The translations under genes were made by a program, and so were the position numbers. A DNA stretch of 64,000 nucleotides, taken from positions 177,196,001-177,260,000 of the forward strand of contig NC_042998.1 in the NCBI RefSeq assembly GCF_006345805.1, given 5' to 3'. Shown in pieces: positions 13,280 to 26,575 of the stretch. The notes beneath the pieces are model-generated. The model did no database searches. It was not told the origin of the DNA and saw nothing but the letters and a program-made list of their open reading frames with translations. The stretch comes from Octopus sinensis. Its lineage: Eukaryota. How positions within the stretch are numbered: position 1 is the stretch's first letter; the number at the start of each line of letters is the position of its first letter.

Positions 13280-14880
13280 AAACAGAATTAAATCGTGTTC
13301 TGCAATCTAGTCATTTTGTCACAAAATTTCATCTATATTTCCTTACTTCAGACAACCAAGCTTTAATTATCACAAGTTGCTCGACACGTTTCGAAACAAT
13401 ATTTCTTCCTCCTTGCCTTTGAATTCCATCATTGCTATTTTGAACACGTAGTGTTCTTTGAAGAATCGGTCGAGACAGTTTATATTAAGTTTATACATAA
13501 TGTTTAAGCAAGAAATCGGTTTTCAGTTTTCTGCCAATTTAGTGTTTCCATTCCGGGCTACAAGATTTGTCATTACTATTTAAATGGACATTAGAATTTA
13601 CTGTTTCAGCCTGGACTACAGTAGTTCTTTCAGATATACATAGTGACTTTTTGTAGAATGTCGATATCTTGTACCTATATCCAACTCTTACGTCTGTCTA
13701 TGGTTCCAGGTCTATCTATGGTGCTACAGCTTTCACACAGCTCTAGTAAAAAAAAATTGAAGTTAATTGTGTACGTTTTACTGTTGATGTTGACAGTGTA
13801 AAGCTACTCTGATGCATTCTTTATGAAATCCCTTTTACACATCGCAGAACTTTATACTAAAAAGATTTAAAGTTTTTCCTATGAAAGACCATCTTTTCAC
13901 ATAGCTATTCTTTCACTTTATCTTTCGGCATACATCTTGTATAGTAGAAGGAATCTTTGCTTAATGTTAGCCCCATTGAAGTTTTCTCTCTTTTTCTCTT
14001 TTTCCGATAACAAAATTTTTCGCTCAGCGTCATTGATTCGTGTTTGAAAGTGATTAATTTCTTCTCAAAAGTTTGGTGTACAGAATCTCTCTACTTTTTA
14101 CTCATTTTCCCCCTAGGATGTAGTTTATGTCTTGCGAACTTACTGTTCACCTTACACCTTACGATGGTATTTAAGTGTCTGAATTCAGTGGCGCAGGTTG
14201 TTGATGTTTTCTTCTAGTTTCGTTATCCATTTAGGTTGCTTCCATTATTTCATTACCATGTACACTGCAGATATCTCCTAGGTGTTCTTCTTGAGTGATA
14301 GCAGCTGTATACAAGAAAGTATTATTGATTATCCAGTACTTTTGTTGCATATTTTCATATATGTTTCCAGCCATATCGTAAATAACATTCAACTTTCAGA
14401 GTGGCTGTATTTTCTTTTTCCTTTTTGGTGGCGTTTTTTTCCCTGCTGCTGTTTTTTAAACACGACACTCAGGAATTGGAAAAAATTCTTCTCCAAGCGT
14501 GGTTTTAAATCGTTTTTGAGCTGTGCAAATTCTACAGTCAGATATATCGAGTTGGTTTTATGAGACCCACAGGTGTTGAGTAACAGTGATACTGATGGCG
14601 ATGAAGTCGATGGCTGGTTTACTGTTTAGTTGCTCTCTTCTACAGAGTGGTTTTGATTCTCTTCAGAAAATAGAGTAACAACACAGGAGTTAGAAAAAAC
14701 AATTGTTGTCTGTGATAGCCATTTCCGAGCAACGAAAGCTGCTTGCTGTCGAAGCCGTGAAATGCTTTTGCGGGTTGATTATGTCGCAATAATTTTTCAA
14801 CGCTTTTCCGTTGCCTGTAGAAGGATTTTTTCACGGGCTGTTTTATAGCACAAGAATAATTCTCGATTTAAATGGGAAGA
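13280..14880 (-). pseudogene. R4/Dong-like LINE, 5' leader plus N-terminal/RT-start remnant
   Basis: Minus-strand fragments WIINTFLYTAAIT, NYCSPG, KPISCLNIMYKL and CREQLVI match the R4-clade region before the RT domain. Many stops and frameshifts. Confidence 0.65.
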
Positions 14881-15399
14881 AAGGTGAAGCTAGAAGAATA
14901 CTTATGCCATTTGGGATTTGGAAGTACTGTTGGTGTCGGTACTAGTGGTATTGCTATCAGTGTATGAATGTATATGTGTGCATCTAGGTATGTATATAAA
15001 CATAAATATTTATGTGTTCGTGTTTACATGTCTATTCATATGCAAATGTACTCACTACAAGCTAAATCCCTTATCTTCAGTTCTATTAATGAACCATAAT
15101 TATAATTTCTTAATTAAGAGTATCCTTTCTAATTTTGTGAAACCTAGTTCCTCAGGATTGGGATTGAGGCAGGCAGTTATGTAACCAAGTGTACGTACAA
15201 GCGTAGGTAAAAATTTAAATCTGTAGTTGACAAGAGTATATTCAGATTTCTCATTAGATCACAAAGATATACTCTTTTATCTTTATCATTATGATAGCTT
15301 CCACTGAACAAATGCTTTCTACGATTATATACTCTCTTATTTCTCTGATTCAGATCACTATACCTAGTCAGTTTACTTTCCAGCAATAGGCTTTCATAT

Positions 15400-15790
15400 A
15401 TATTTCTTTATTGTCCACAAGGGGCTAAATATAGAGGGGTCAAACAAGGACAGACAAAGGTATTAACTGGTACTTTATTTATCGACCCCGAAAGAATGAA
15501 AGGCGAAGTCGACCTCGGCAGAATTTGAACTCAGAACGTAACGACAGACGAAATACCTATTTCTTTATTACCCACAAGGGGCTAAACACAGAGCGGACAA
15601 ACAAGGACAGACATAGGTATTAAGTCGATTACATCGACCCCAGTGCGTAACTGGTACTTAATTTATCGACCCCGAAAGGATGAAAGGCAAAGTTGACCTC
15701 GGCGGAATTTGAACTCAGAACGCAACGACAGACGAAATACCGCTAAGCATTTCGCCCGGGTTGCTAACATTTCTGCCAGCTCACCGCCTT
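15400..15790 (-). mobile_element. SINE family B, dimer
   Basis: Two units joined at GACGAAATACC|TATTTCTTTA. Central domain (TTTGCCTTTCATCCTTTCGGGGTCGATAAA on minus) resembles the Meta-SINE domain. Confidence 0.9.
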
Positions 15791-15794
15791 CGTT

Positions 15795-17125
15795 CCCTCA
15801 TCTACAACGGTCTCAACCAACTGTTCCAGGACTTTACTTTGTTCCTGGAGACAGTTTTTCTTTATATGTCCAGGCTCCAAGCACCGATGATACCTGGTGG
15901 GGGTGACCCTCAAGAATCAAAAAGTATAGAAAAACCAGATTCATGGATGATTGGTCCACAAGGTCAAAACAGCTTTTAACCCAACCCAATCAACCGCTGG
16001 AAGAATTTTCACATTAAGGAGATCGGCGCCGCTGCCACCCAGTCCTCTGCGGATAGTCTCCGCTATTCATTCGGGTTTTATCCCGGGTGGCAACCCGCAG
16101 ACCCAAGCTTTTGTCAACCTCTTCCCACAATACGTGAGAAGAAACAAAATTTCTTTGCCCTCTTAGGGCTGGCTCGCAAATTTGCGAGCCTCTTCTGAGG
16201 TGTCAAATAGCAACCACAGCGTTGCGTATTTGACCCCACTGGAAATGAATTTAATAGTTGGCAGATACTCTGCCAACTCCTTTTCAATTACAGTCTTTTC
16301 AAATAGGACGATGGTGTCCAGCGACTTGGAGTAAGTCCTCAACACCACCGTCCTCTCTTCACGGTCTTTTAACCACTGTTTGGGTGGTATAATTTCCCAC
16401 TCCAAAACATTGTCTTTTTTCATTGCCATGTTTTTTTTGTTTGTTTTTTGTATTAACAGTTAAAAAATAGTTCAAAATAAAACTGAAAAAGAAAGAATTC
16501 ACAAGAAAGTCACAAAAAATCGGAAGGAAGAAAAGGAAACAATTCACGAAAAAAGAAAGTCAAAAAAAGTTTTAGAAGAAAGAAAGTCAATAATTCAAAA
16601 ACAGCAAAAAAATCTCTTCCGGCCACTAGGTACTCCCGGCCAAGGTCAAACCCTGAACGTCGCAACTGGACCACAACTTCCACAAAGACTGCTGTACGAG
16701 TCGTTCAATCTTCAGAGGTAAAAAGACGCTCCCCCAAAACAGCAATTCTCACAATTATTTTTGAAATTCACAGAACGTGAACAAATTTTTAGGAGGCACG
16801 ATACGCCCCCAAGCAACAATTCTCACAATTAAGTGAGAAAAAACATTCACTTAACGTGAACCACTATTTTGGAATCGGGATACGCCCCCAAACAATAATT
16901 CTCACAATTAAGTGAGAAAAAATGTTCACTCCACTGCAGGCAGACTAGAGTTTAGAATCCAGTGAGGACTTCTTGCTTGTACAAAAATAATTGCCGCAAA
17001 CAACAAACCCCCACTGGACCCATAAAACAAAAGTCTTACCTTACAGCTAAGCTTCAAAATTCTTCAATTCAAGACGGCTTCAAAAGCACGTCTTGGCAGC
17101 TTCAGTGCCAAACACAACACTGACT
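15795..17125 (-). mobile_element. 5' end of a non-LTR retrotransposon: leader, tandem monomers and disrupted ORF1 (ATG 16429)
   Basis: ORF 16163-16429 (MAMKKDNVLEWE...) continues in another frame as TYCGKRLTKAWVCGLPPGI, ORF1/RRM-like. Upstream are ~78 bp tandem repeats and Inr/DPE-like motifs. Confidence 0.6.
16725..16932. repeat. ~78 bp tandem monomers, about 2.7 copies
   Basis: ACGC(T)CCCCAA..CA.CAATTCTCACAATTA recurs at about 16726, 16803 and 16882. Confidence 0.8.
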
Positions 17126-17993
17126 CGCACGTGCGCAGAGAGGAAACAAGCTTTTTACCAGACAGCCACGTCTGCTTCTATTAGTTTTTTGCTTGTTTTT
17201 TGTATTTCTTTTTCTCCTCACAAGTGACTGTCATCCCACTTCTGTTTTGGCTGTTTTGAAAATAGAAAATAGTGATTTCTTTTGTCGATGTTTTGTATTT
17301 ATATTAATTTTCGATTATTCTTAACTAGATATTTTCTGTGGCCCTGCAGTAACTATTTTATAATAGTTTTCCTGTTACCTAAGGCTCTTACCTCTCTGTA
17401 TTGCTGGAAAATATAACCTTAAGCAAACTGACACAGTAATATATATTTGACAAGGGAAAATTCAAACTTAATTGCTTTTAATAAAAACAACAGTAACTAG
17501 AACCCATCCTTATCAACTGTTATAGGGTTTGGTATTTAGAAAAGGGTGAACAGGAAAGTAAGATAATCATGGTTTTCACAACATGAATAATGGCAGCCAT
17601 TACCGAAACCAAGATTCATGGAATGCAAGAATCCATGCCCACGTTCGATAACTGCGCGTAAAGGCAATTTTGGGGCAGCCTAAATTAAGAGGACTTTTTA
17701 GGAAATGTTCGAATCTAGAGGTGCAGATAATTTTTGTGAACCCAGTGAATAAGTAGGTGAGTCTCGATATGAGTAGCAGCAAATACCAGTGCCTTTAAAG
17801 TAATATTTGTTGCTACCAAACTAGGACATGGAAGGAAGGAACGTTCTTTAATACTCGAGGAGAATGGAATTGTATTTTAGACACATGTGAAGATTTTGTA
17901 GCATTAGCCAATAAATGAGATGGGTGTAAAATCCTCGTAAAACTACTTATTATGGTTATCATCATCATCGTCATCATCATCATCATCATCATC

Positions 17994-18047
<54 letters not shown>

Positions 18048-18048
<1 letters not shown>

Positions 18049-18600
18049 TTGAGTGAGAGAGCAGTACATATCATCAAAGTGACACTAGAGTAAAATATAC
18101 GAAGCCCAGTATATCCATCATGACTACCTGTCTTATAAGGGTACTTCAAGTACATGCATCACAATCATATGTGCGCGGCATCGTGATCTTGTACCACGAC
18201 AAACAGCGCATGACTTTGCAGGTGGGGCCCAGTTAGAATTTTCTTCGGGTTGAGTAGCCTATCCTGCACAAAAGGTCCCTGAATAAGGGTTGTTTAAGGA
18301 TGTTGAAACACCCATGTTTCCATAGGTAAATTATCCAAACTTCAAAGAATTCCTCTCAACACATGACTATGATGCTTCCCTACTACTTCTGCTCGTGATC
18401 AGAGATGCACATATCGTCAGCCACAAAGGGACATGTTCAACTGGTTAAGGTCAAACAACTGACAAGCAAATCTATGGTATTGAGCAGAATATTTGCTGTG
18501 GCCCATCTTTTATACCAAGACAAAACACTGTACACGATAACACTTCCAATCAGTTAAGATCAAAAGCCATGGGAGCTACTGCCTAGTACTGCATCAGCGT

Positions 18601-18603
<3 letters not shown>
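18048..18603 (+). repeat. ~555 bp (ATT)n-embedded element, copy 3
   Basis: Full length ATTGAGTGAGAGAGCAGT...ACTGCATCAGCGTATT between AAT/ATT arrays. Confidence 0.9.
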
Positions 18604-18663
<60 letters not shown>

Positions 18664-18676
18664 CATCATTATTATT

Positions 18677-19236
18677 ATTGACTGAGAGAGCAGTGCATGC
18701 CATCAAAGTGATACTGGGGTAAAATATACAAAGCCCAGTATACCAATCATGACTACAAGTCTGATAAGAGTACACCAGGTATGTGCATCACAACCATATC
18801 TGCGCGACATGGTGATCTCATATCAAGATAAACAGCACATGACCTTGCAGGTGGGGCCCAGTTAGAATTTTCTTCTGCTCGAGTAGCCCATCCCGCTCAA
18901 AAGGTCCCTGAATAAGGGTTGTTTAAGGGTGTTGAACGAAACACCCATGTTTCCAGAGGTGAAATATTCAAACCCCAAAGAATTCCTCTCAACACATGGC
19001 TATGATGCTCCCCCACTACTTCTGCTCGTGATCAGAGATGCACATATCATCAGCCACTAAGGGACATGCTCAACTGGTTAAGTTCAAACAACTGCCAAGC
19101 AAATCTGTGGTACTGAGCAGAATATTTGCTGTAGCTCATCTTTTATACCAAGACAAAACAATGTACATGATAACACTTCCAATCAGTTAAGATGAAAAGC
19201 CATGGGAGCCACTGCCTGGTACTGCATCAGAGCATT
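18677..19236 (+). repeat. ~555 bp (ATT)n-embedded element, copy 4 (tandem with copy 3)
   Basis: Full-length copy separated from copy 3 only by (ATT)n. Confidence 0.9.
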
Positions 19237-19255
19237 TGTTTTTGTTGTTGTGATT

Positions 19256-19302
<47 letters not shown>

Positions 19303-19380
19303 TATTATATTATTATTATTATTATATTATTATTATTATTATTATTATTGTTGTTGTTGTTGTTGTTGTTATTATTATCA

Positions 19381-19745
19381 AGCCAGAACGTGCTAATTAA
19401 GTTCGCGGAGATTTCATCTTTGGTGACAACGAGTCTCTTCGAATCTAAAAAGCTTTTCTTGGGATTTTTTTCTGCAGGTCGACAACACGAGTCTTAATTC
19501 CAGTCTCTTTCAGTTTTTCAGATAGAATTTTGAGCGGTGTGCCAAGTGCACCAGTTGCTACAGGAATAGTTGCTGTCTTGGTCTTCTACAGTCTCTTCCG
19601 CTCTCTAGCTAAATCCTGGTATTTCTCAATATTTTTCAATTTCTTTGTTATCAACTCTTCTATCATAGGGAACTGCAAAACCTATAATCTCACGCTGTTT
19701 ATTTTGTCCTCATTCATTATGTTCGGTCTTCTTGCTTCAATAGTA
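19381..19745 (-). pseudogene. R4/Dong-like LINE 3' end (RLE domain) ending in (TAA)n
   Basis: Minus-strand KNIEKYQDLARE and TIPVATGALG...LQK. The 3' end runs into (TAA)n on the minus strand. Confidence 0.75.
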
Positions 19746-19756
19746 CTTTAAAAAAA

Positions 19757-20125
19757 TTTTTTTTTTTTTTTTTTTATTTCGTCTAGTTTCAGCTCACGAG
19801 TTGTGGCCATGCTGGGTCGCCGCCATTTGATGTTGCTATATAACTTTACTTCACGAATGTTTTTTAGCAATTTACATTTGGTGCATGAGAGAGTTTGATG
19901 CAGCTGCCCTCATTTGCACCTCCTGCCGTGAAGTTGGTTCATCTGGGACACCCGATAGCAAGAGGTCCAGCTTTATTTTAAAGACACCTACATCCACTCC
20001 ATGCAGGTCTCTCAGGTCCTTCGGGAGAATATTGAAGAACTGTGGACCTCTGAAGCCCAGGCTGTTGCAGTATCTTGTCCTACATCTTGATGGCAAATTT
20101 GGAGTCCTTGGCACTATGCAGTACG
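19757..20125 (-). mobile_element. CR1/Jockey-group LINE 3' fragment with poly(A)
   Basis: ORF 19872-20114 (NSLGFRGPQFFNILPKDLRD...FKIKLDLLL) is a typical ORF2 C-terminus, followed by a short 3' UTR and poly(A) (T-run 19757-19776). Confidence 0.8.
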
Positions 20126-20254
20126 GTCAGACTAAATGAGGAAGTCCCATAAGATCCTTATTAAAAAATGAAAACAACGTGAACAGTTGAAGAATGGTTA
20201 GCAGCTCTCGTATCGCCGAGTCTGTGGAAGATACATTTATCATCACTAGTAAAA

Positions 20255-20455
20255 ATTCCAAAGTTTGGCACAAGGCCAGAAATTTCGGCGGTGGGGTATA
20301 TCAGTCAATTACATCGACGCCAGTGTTCAACTAGTGTTTATTTTATCGACCCCGAAAGGATGAAAGGCGGCGGAATTTGAACTCAGCGTAAAGGCGGACG
20401 AGATGCGGAAAAGCGTTTTGCCCGGCGTGCAAACGATTCTAGCAGCTCGCCGTCT
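20255..20455 (-). mobile_element. SINE family B
   Basis: Family B core with an alternative tail (GGCACAAGGCCAGAAATTT). Confidence 0.8.
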
Positions 20456-23400
20456 TCCTTACCACTACTACTAATAATAGAAACAATGACGAGAGTGTCG
20501 CGAGAACTATGATATGAAGAAATGAGTATAATCTGCCAAAGTTGTGGGTAACAGGCAAATACTGGATATGAGCCAACATCTGGAAAGGAAAAGAATAGAA
20601 CCTGAATGGAAGTATCCCAAAAGAAGGGTATCTTTTTCTCGAAGATTTTGTACAAGAAAGTGATTACCACCGTTTAAAAAAAACCAATAATGTGAGCTTC
20701 TATGTGCCACTGAAAGAGGTGTTAGGATCCCTGATGGATGTCTTGTAGGATGTACATTCACCTTACTGAGGAAGACCAGAGGGAAGGGTATATACGGTGC
20801 TCAAGGCTGAGGATAAGGCAAGTAAAGATCGTGTGTTACAATCGACCACGGATTTGTACCTTTAGTTAATGGGCAAGAGAAATGCGAGGTATAAGTTCTG
20901 ATGTAGTCATTTGATTCGTTATCATTGTCGCTGAACTATAGTTTAGGTGTTGAGCTTGAATATGGCTCATAAAAGCATGTGACCGGGTGGAAAGGTCTGC
21001 ATAGACATCCATAGACATCCAAGTACTGATGATCCTTGATAACCACATCATTTGGAACGTTGCAGGAGCAGAAAGCCAGCCATTCAGTGAAACGATGCCA
21101 GTTTTCCATCAACAACTAACAGAGCACGCCCCATGGGACATGGAGAGATTTGGACAAAGACGAAGGCAATTTCGTTTGACTTCGGAAGAGCGATGAGTGA
21201 GAGGACCAATCATTGAATTCTGCTTGTAGGTGATAATCGGCCAAGGGCAAAGAGTGACTGAAGTTGTGGGATTCATAAAAGTCAACAAGTTCTCCCTCAG
21301 TGATTGTTTTCCACCCTTCTGTGTGTTGGTATTTTTGTTTGAATGCAGTCTACAAAAATGACGTTCCCACTCTGCTTACTCTATATGTACTCCATTCTCT
21401 ATATGTACTCTATATATACCCTTCAGTATGACAAATTTCCTAATAAATGAGAGGATATGAAGTCAGTAAAGAAACCATTATTATTAATTAAAATAATCAT
21501 ATTATTTAATGTACTTTCCTTTTGCTTTGTTCTTTTCTTTCTTTCACTATATTTTTATTCTGGCCGGATAGCTCATTTAAAATAGTTCTTGCAGTTTGAA
21601 TGAGAGAAAATAATATCAGGCAGCATATGCTTCCAGTTACGATGAATATCTTTTAGTAGATCCTCCATCCACATAAACTAATGTCTATTTCGTATCAATG
21701 ATCAACGACCAATAGTGACACTCTGTCAAGGGAATCGAGACGTTCCACCCGAGAATTTCATGTGTATAATCTAATCCGGACATACACACACTACAAATAT
21801 TTTGCATTTATAAGATTTGAAGAAAATCTTGCTGCTGATTGTCGTTCTATATATATATATATATTAAAATAGAGCCAGAACATTTTATATATACATATCC
21901 ATTAATAAGTAAAATTCTTCACGAAATTTGTCCATTTTGTTTCTCATGTACATCTTCTACGTTACCTTTTTAGCATAGACTGCATGCTGTCGTCGGAAGA
22001 TATCGGTGTTAATGAGTCGTCAAAATCTACAAAAAGCAAAAACAAATTGTATGAAAGAACATTAAACATTCACTATTTGCACGCATAAAATTATCTATTT
22101 GTTAAGTATTGAGCATAATTATAATGAATGATGTTCCGGCCATGGCCATCCATATTTTCATTTTTTTTTTCTTTTCAGAATCCGTGAATTCGTTAGTCTA
22201 TGCCCTTCCTCTCTTAAAACGACAAGGTGTGGTTTAAAGGATACTTAATTGTTATTTGTTGCAGTTAGATGTGAATTGCATCTAATTTAGGAACCGTGAA
22301 AGCACATTTAGCTAATTCAATGAATCTTTAAATCTGCAAATTCATCGTTAGGCAACTTAAATTACTTTCAAGACTAAAACTTGTTCACATGAATTATAGA
22401 AACATCATCAATGAGTGGTTTCAAATTTGGATGTAAGCAAAATTTTGCCTATGAGCAAGGCTTTTTTGACCTCTTGTGAAGGACTATCTCAGTGCTAGCA
22501 TATTTAGATGGCAGGCAAGTCGAAAACGTTGGCACACTGACTTCAGTAATCCGTTCGCACTTTCACCACTATTTGCAGCTCCATGCATCGCCGTTGGGTA
22601 TGCTGTTTAGTTGATTACAACCAGCGTCGTGCGCGTGTCCATTTAATTATTTCTTTAGTTGTTGGCCAGCCTAAATAATCTCTGCGCATATTTATGATTT
22701 AGTAGCTTATTAAAACAAATTTGTTGATTGCTATGACGGTTTCATCTTTATTAGCAAGCATGTCTTTTTAAAATTTAGAATTTAAGTATTCTATCCTCTC
22801 TTTAACGATGTTCAAAGAGATTTAACTGCTGCCTTGAGAAGACTGTGAGTCTAAGTTGAAACTACAACCGTGGTTGTTAAGCTTTCTACTAAAATGTCTA
22901 TATGGACTATTTGTAGACTATGATTGTAGAGAAGTTTAAAATTGGGTGAACGATTGATATACTCATTTTATGGGGAATATTTGAATGGTACATAAGGAGA
23001 AATTACAGTAATAGCTTGCTTCTACAATATGACCTACATTTCTATAATAAAAAAGACATGACGTGATTGTTTTAGGTAGAGTAATATAGACTTAAAGGCT
23101 TAACTTTTACAGTAAAACTTACTGATGTAGGTTAACGACATCAGAAACGTGAAATTACGCAGTAACTGTGATGGTTTTTCGATACTATTAACTTCATTGA
23201 AATTATCTATCTCCGGTAACGGATCTCATTATTAGCAGAGAACTAGCAGTAAATAGATACTATTGGATATCTTCAAAAGCGACCACTAGTCCGAATGATA
23301 ATTCAGAATCAGTCAAAATGGACAATGGCATGAAACAGGTGGATGACTCTTTTGAATTGCATAATTTTACAAAGTGGATTATTTGTCCGCCCAATAAAGG

Positions 23401-24329
23401 AAAAGAATAATTGACTCTAAATATCGTCTTCTAGGACTTCCTATAAAGCATGTATATGTATATAATTTACTATTACTGAAAACTAATATTATTTCTATGG
23501 CCATAATCAGTCGTAAATGTACGCACGTTAGTTTTGGAAGCTAAGGTGATATCAACTGAAGTGTGAATATCTTTTGTAATCAACTAAAAGACACCTACTG
23601 TTTATGTAGAGTTTAAGTCTCCAATAACATTGACAGTCTCGTTCTATCCAAATCATACATAAGCTATATTATCCGCCATTGATAAATTTATCTTCAATAA
23701 TTCAACCCTCCGACACACACACACACACACTAATCGCCTTGTTTGTAACTAACGACCAAAATCTATAATCAAGGTTCGATATCAATTTAAGGTAGCACTT
23801 AGTTTTGTTGTTGCTGCTAAGAGATTAATGTGGTTTTGTGGTAACTGTAACGGCTGTATTTGTCATTGAATTAATCAATGCATTCTTTATTCCAAGGATT
23901 GGCTATGCAGAAGTTCTACGTATGAGCTGTAACGTCCGTTGGAGACAAATATGAGTTCCCCGACAAGAATGAGACTCTATACTGACTACTGAGCCTATGG
24001 CTTACTTCTGGAAGTTCGATCAGCTACCTTTGTGCCATTGATAAGTGGAAGTAGGACTGATGGACTTGTAGAACCGTTAGAGCGTTGGAGAGAATGCCTA
24101 GCAGTATTTGTTACGAATCTTTGCCCTCTGAGTTCATATCCAGCCATAATCATCATTGCCTTTCATACTTTTCATATTTTCAAGGCAGATAAAACTATAA
24201 AAATTCAGAGTGGGTGAGTGGATTCGTTAGAAAGTTGGGCAAGATTACGTTGCAATATCCATCCCCGTTTTTCCGTTCTAGTAACAAACCCCGAAATGAC
24301 AAGCTAGTACCAAGCTGCATCGCTCCAAA

Positions 24330-24830
24330 TTCAACTAACCTTCCCTCGGATAAACATCAGCTGCAGGGAGAGGAGAGACTTTCATAAATGTGCAATTATC
24401 AATCTTACTCAGAAAAATTTTACCCAAGTTTGTGTATACATGTGTAGAAACCTTATCAATCTTTACGATGGCGTTGGCATAGAACTGGTCGGGCTTAACA
24501 CGTCCAGCAAACATCTCTAGTAACAGCAAAAGTCTGTGGGTCATAGCGGTACTCCGATCATTAGTAAAAGATAATATAACTGTTTCAACTTGCTCGGTTA
24601 TAGACGCCACTTTTCAGTCTAGCTTCAACAGATGTGTTGCAGTACTTATATATCGCCTATCTCATTTATTCACCAAATTCAAACGTGTCTAGGCATGTGG
24701 AAAATATCATCTGTTAAGTATTCCAGTTATTCTAGTAACAAACTTCTTTCCTCAACTTTTACAAAATTAAATGGAATATTTATCTTCACTAAATTATCTC
24801 ATTCACCTCTAACTATCTGACCACTTCATT
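24330..24830 (-). pseudogene. Highly decayed LINE reverse transcriptase fragment (RTE-like)
   Basis: Minus-strand LEYLTDDI (YxDD-like) followed by YTNLG. Weak evidence. Confidence 0.35.
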
Positions 24831-26140
24831 GCTTGCTTTCACTCTCCGAAACAAATCATACACAAAGTTTTGAACCATTCTGAATTTCTTTGATATCTCA
24901 ATTTTATCATTTTTTAATCATTTCTTTTTTTTTTCATTCTAACATTTGAGCATGTGGCCATTATGATAGAGGGGGGTCTATAGATCATATGTTGCGGCGC
25001 CATTTTTTTTTTTAGGAATGGTGCGAGAGTAAAGGGAATATTATTTTTGACTGATACTTAACATCTCATATCGCTACATATGTGTAATACATTTGTTATT
25101 ACTTTTCTTTCGTCTTTTTTACTTTGGCATTTTTCTTCTTTGAACCTCTTTCCTCCCCTTAATAATCTAGCTTATATGCTTTTCTTCATCATCCATCACC
25201 CCTTACTTATATTTTCATATATGCCGATTAAACGTATAAATCTTCCTTAATCCTACATTACGCAACTCTTCTCCATCAATTTTTGCTAACGAGCTTTGTT
25301 TCATCCGAATATTCCAAGACAAAAGCACCAACAGTCAAGATGTGATGATTCTTTTTTGTCATAGAAAAGTTATTCTTCGAATGTCTAAAACGCGAGCGTG
25401 TAAATACGCACCCACACAGCATAATACAGCACCCTCTATCTCTCCGTCTCTCATGCACACACGCGCGTACTCGCGCACACACACATTCCAGAATTTATCC
25501 AAAAGAAATGCAACGACTTTGTCTAAATACATTTAGAAATTGAAAGAAACAAAATGACCGCAAACTTGAACTAAGAAATGATGAACTGCACAATATCACA
25601 CTTAATTTATTCTTGTATCTACTCCTATGCACGAAAGAAAGCAACTATATATTCACACAATACATAAATTCCTCTAATAGTGAGAAATGAGTTCATGTCA
25701 CACTGCAGACTCTAAAATAGATTCATCGTAAAAAAAATGGTCCTAACTTCTAACAGAATGAAGCATACATTAAGCTCTCACCCTATCCCCAACACACATA
25801 CGAGAATAAGTTACATCCACAAGAATTAACCCATAAACAACCGATTAAATTAAGTGTACGGTACATGATGATTACACGTCCGCGAATATAAACAAGCCTT
25901 TACCAAAATGCAAAGCAAAGAAAACACATAAACAATCACACTGAATCAAGCACGTGGGAAGACAAAAGCCTTGGCCAAAATATCGTCAGTTACATACTCA
26001 CCCACCTACAGAGATTACACACAAAAACACCTATACACTCATACAAACAAATTTAGAAACCTGCAATTCAAGCAACACATGCTTTTCACTGAATTAAACA
26101 AAAAAAATTAATTTGCTTAATAAACAATATGAACAAACAT

Positions 26141-26316
26141 AGGCGTAGGAGTGGCTGTGTGGTAAGTAGCTTGCTTACCAACCACATAGCTCCGAGTTCA
26201 GTCCCACTGCGTGGCACCTTAGGCAAGTGTCTTCTACTATGGCCTTGGGCCGACCAAAGCCTTGTGAGTGGATTTGGTAGACGGAAACTGAAAGAAGCCC
26301 GTCGTATATATGCATG

Positions 26317-26351
<35 letters not shown>

Positions 26352-26575
26352 ATGTGTGTGTGTGTGTGTGTGTGTGTTGTGTCTCTGTGTTTGTCCCCCC
26401 ACCGATGCTGGTGTGTTTATGTCCCCGTAACGTAGCGGTTCGGTAAAAGAGACCGATAGAATAAATACTAGGCTTACAAAGAAAAAGTCCTGGGGTCGAT
26501 TTGCTCGACTAAAGGCGGTGCTCCAGCATGGCCACAGTCAAATGACTGAAACAAGTAAAAGAGTAAAAGAGTAAA
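26141..26575 (+). mobile_element. SINE family A
   Basis: Full-length, close to the in-window consensus. Confidence 0.92.

Noticed and set aside
16725-16932. Spaced repeats (also 41436-42016 and the GACCCACTGA triplet at 32115-32145) as a CRISPR-like array
   Set aside because: The spacers are homologous to each other, there are no cas genes, and the context is eukaryotic.
20700-21350. Possible retroelement coding remnant (SAPATFQ-like on minus)
   Set aside because: A single short motif; I could not support a family assignment.
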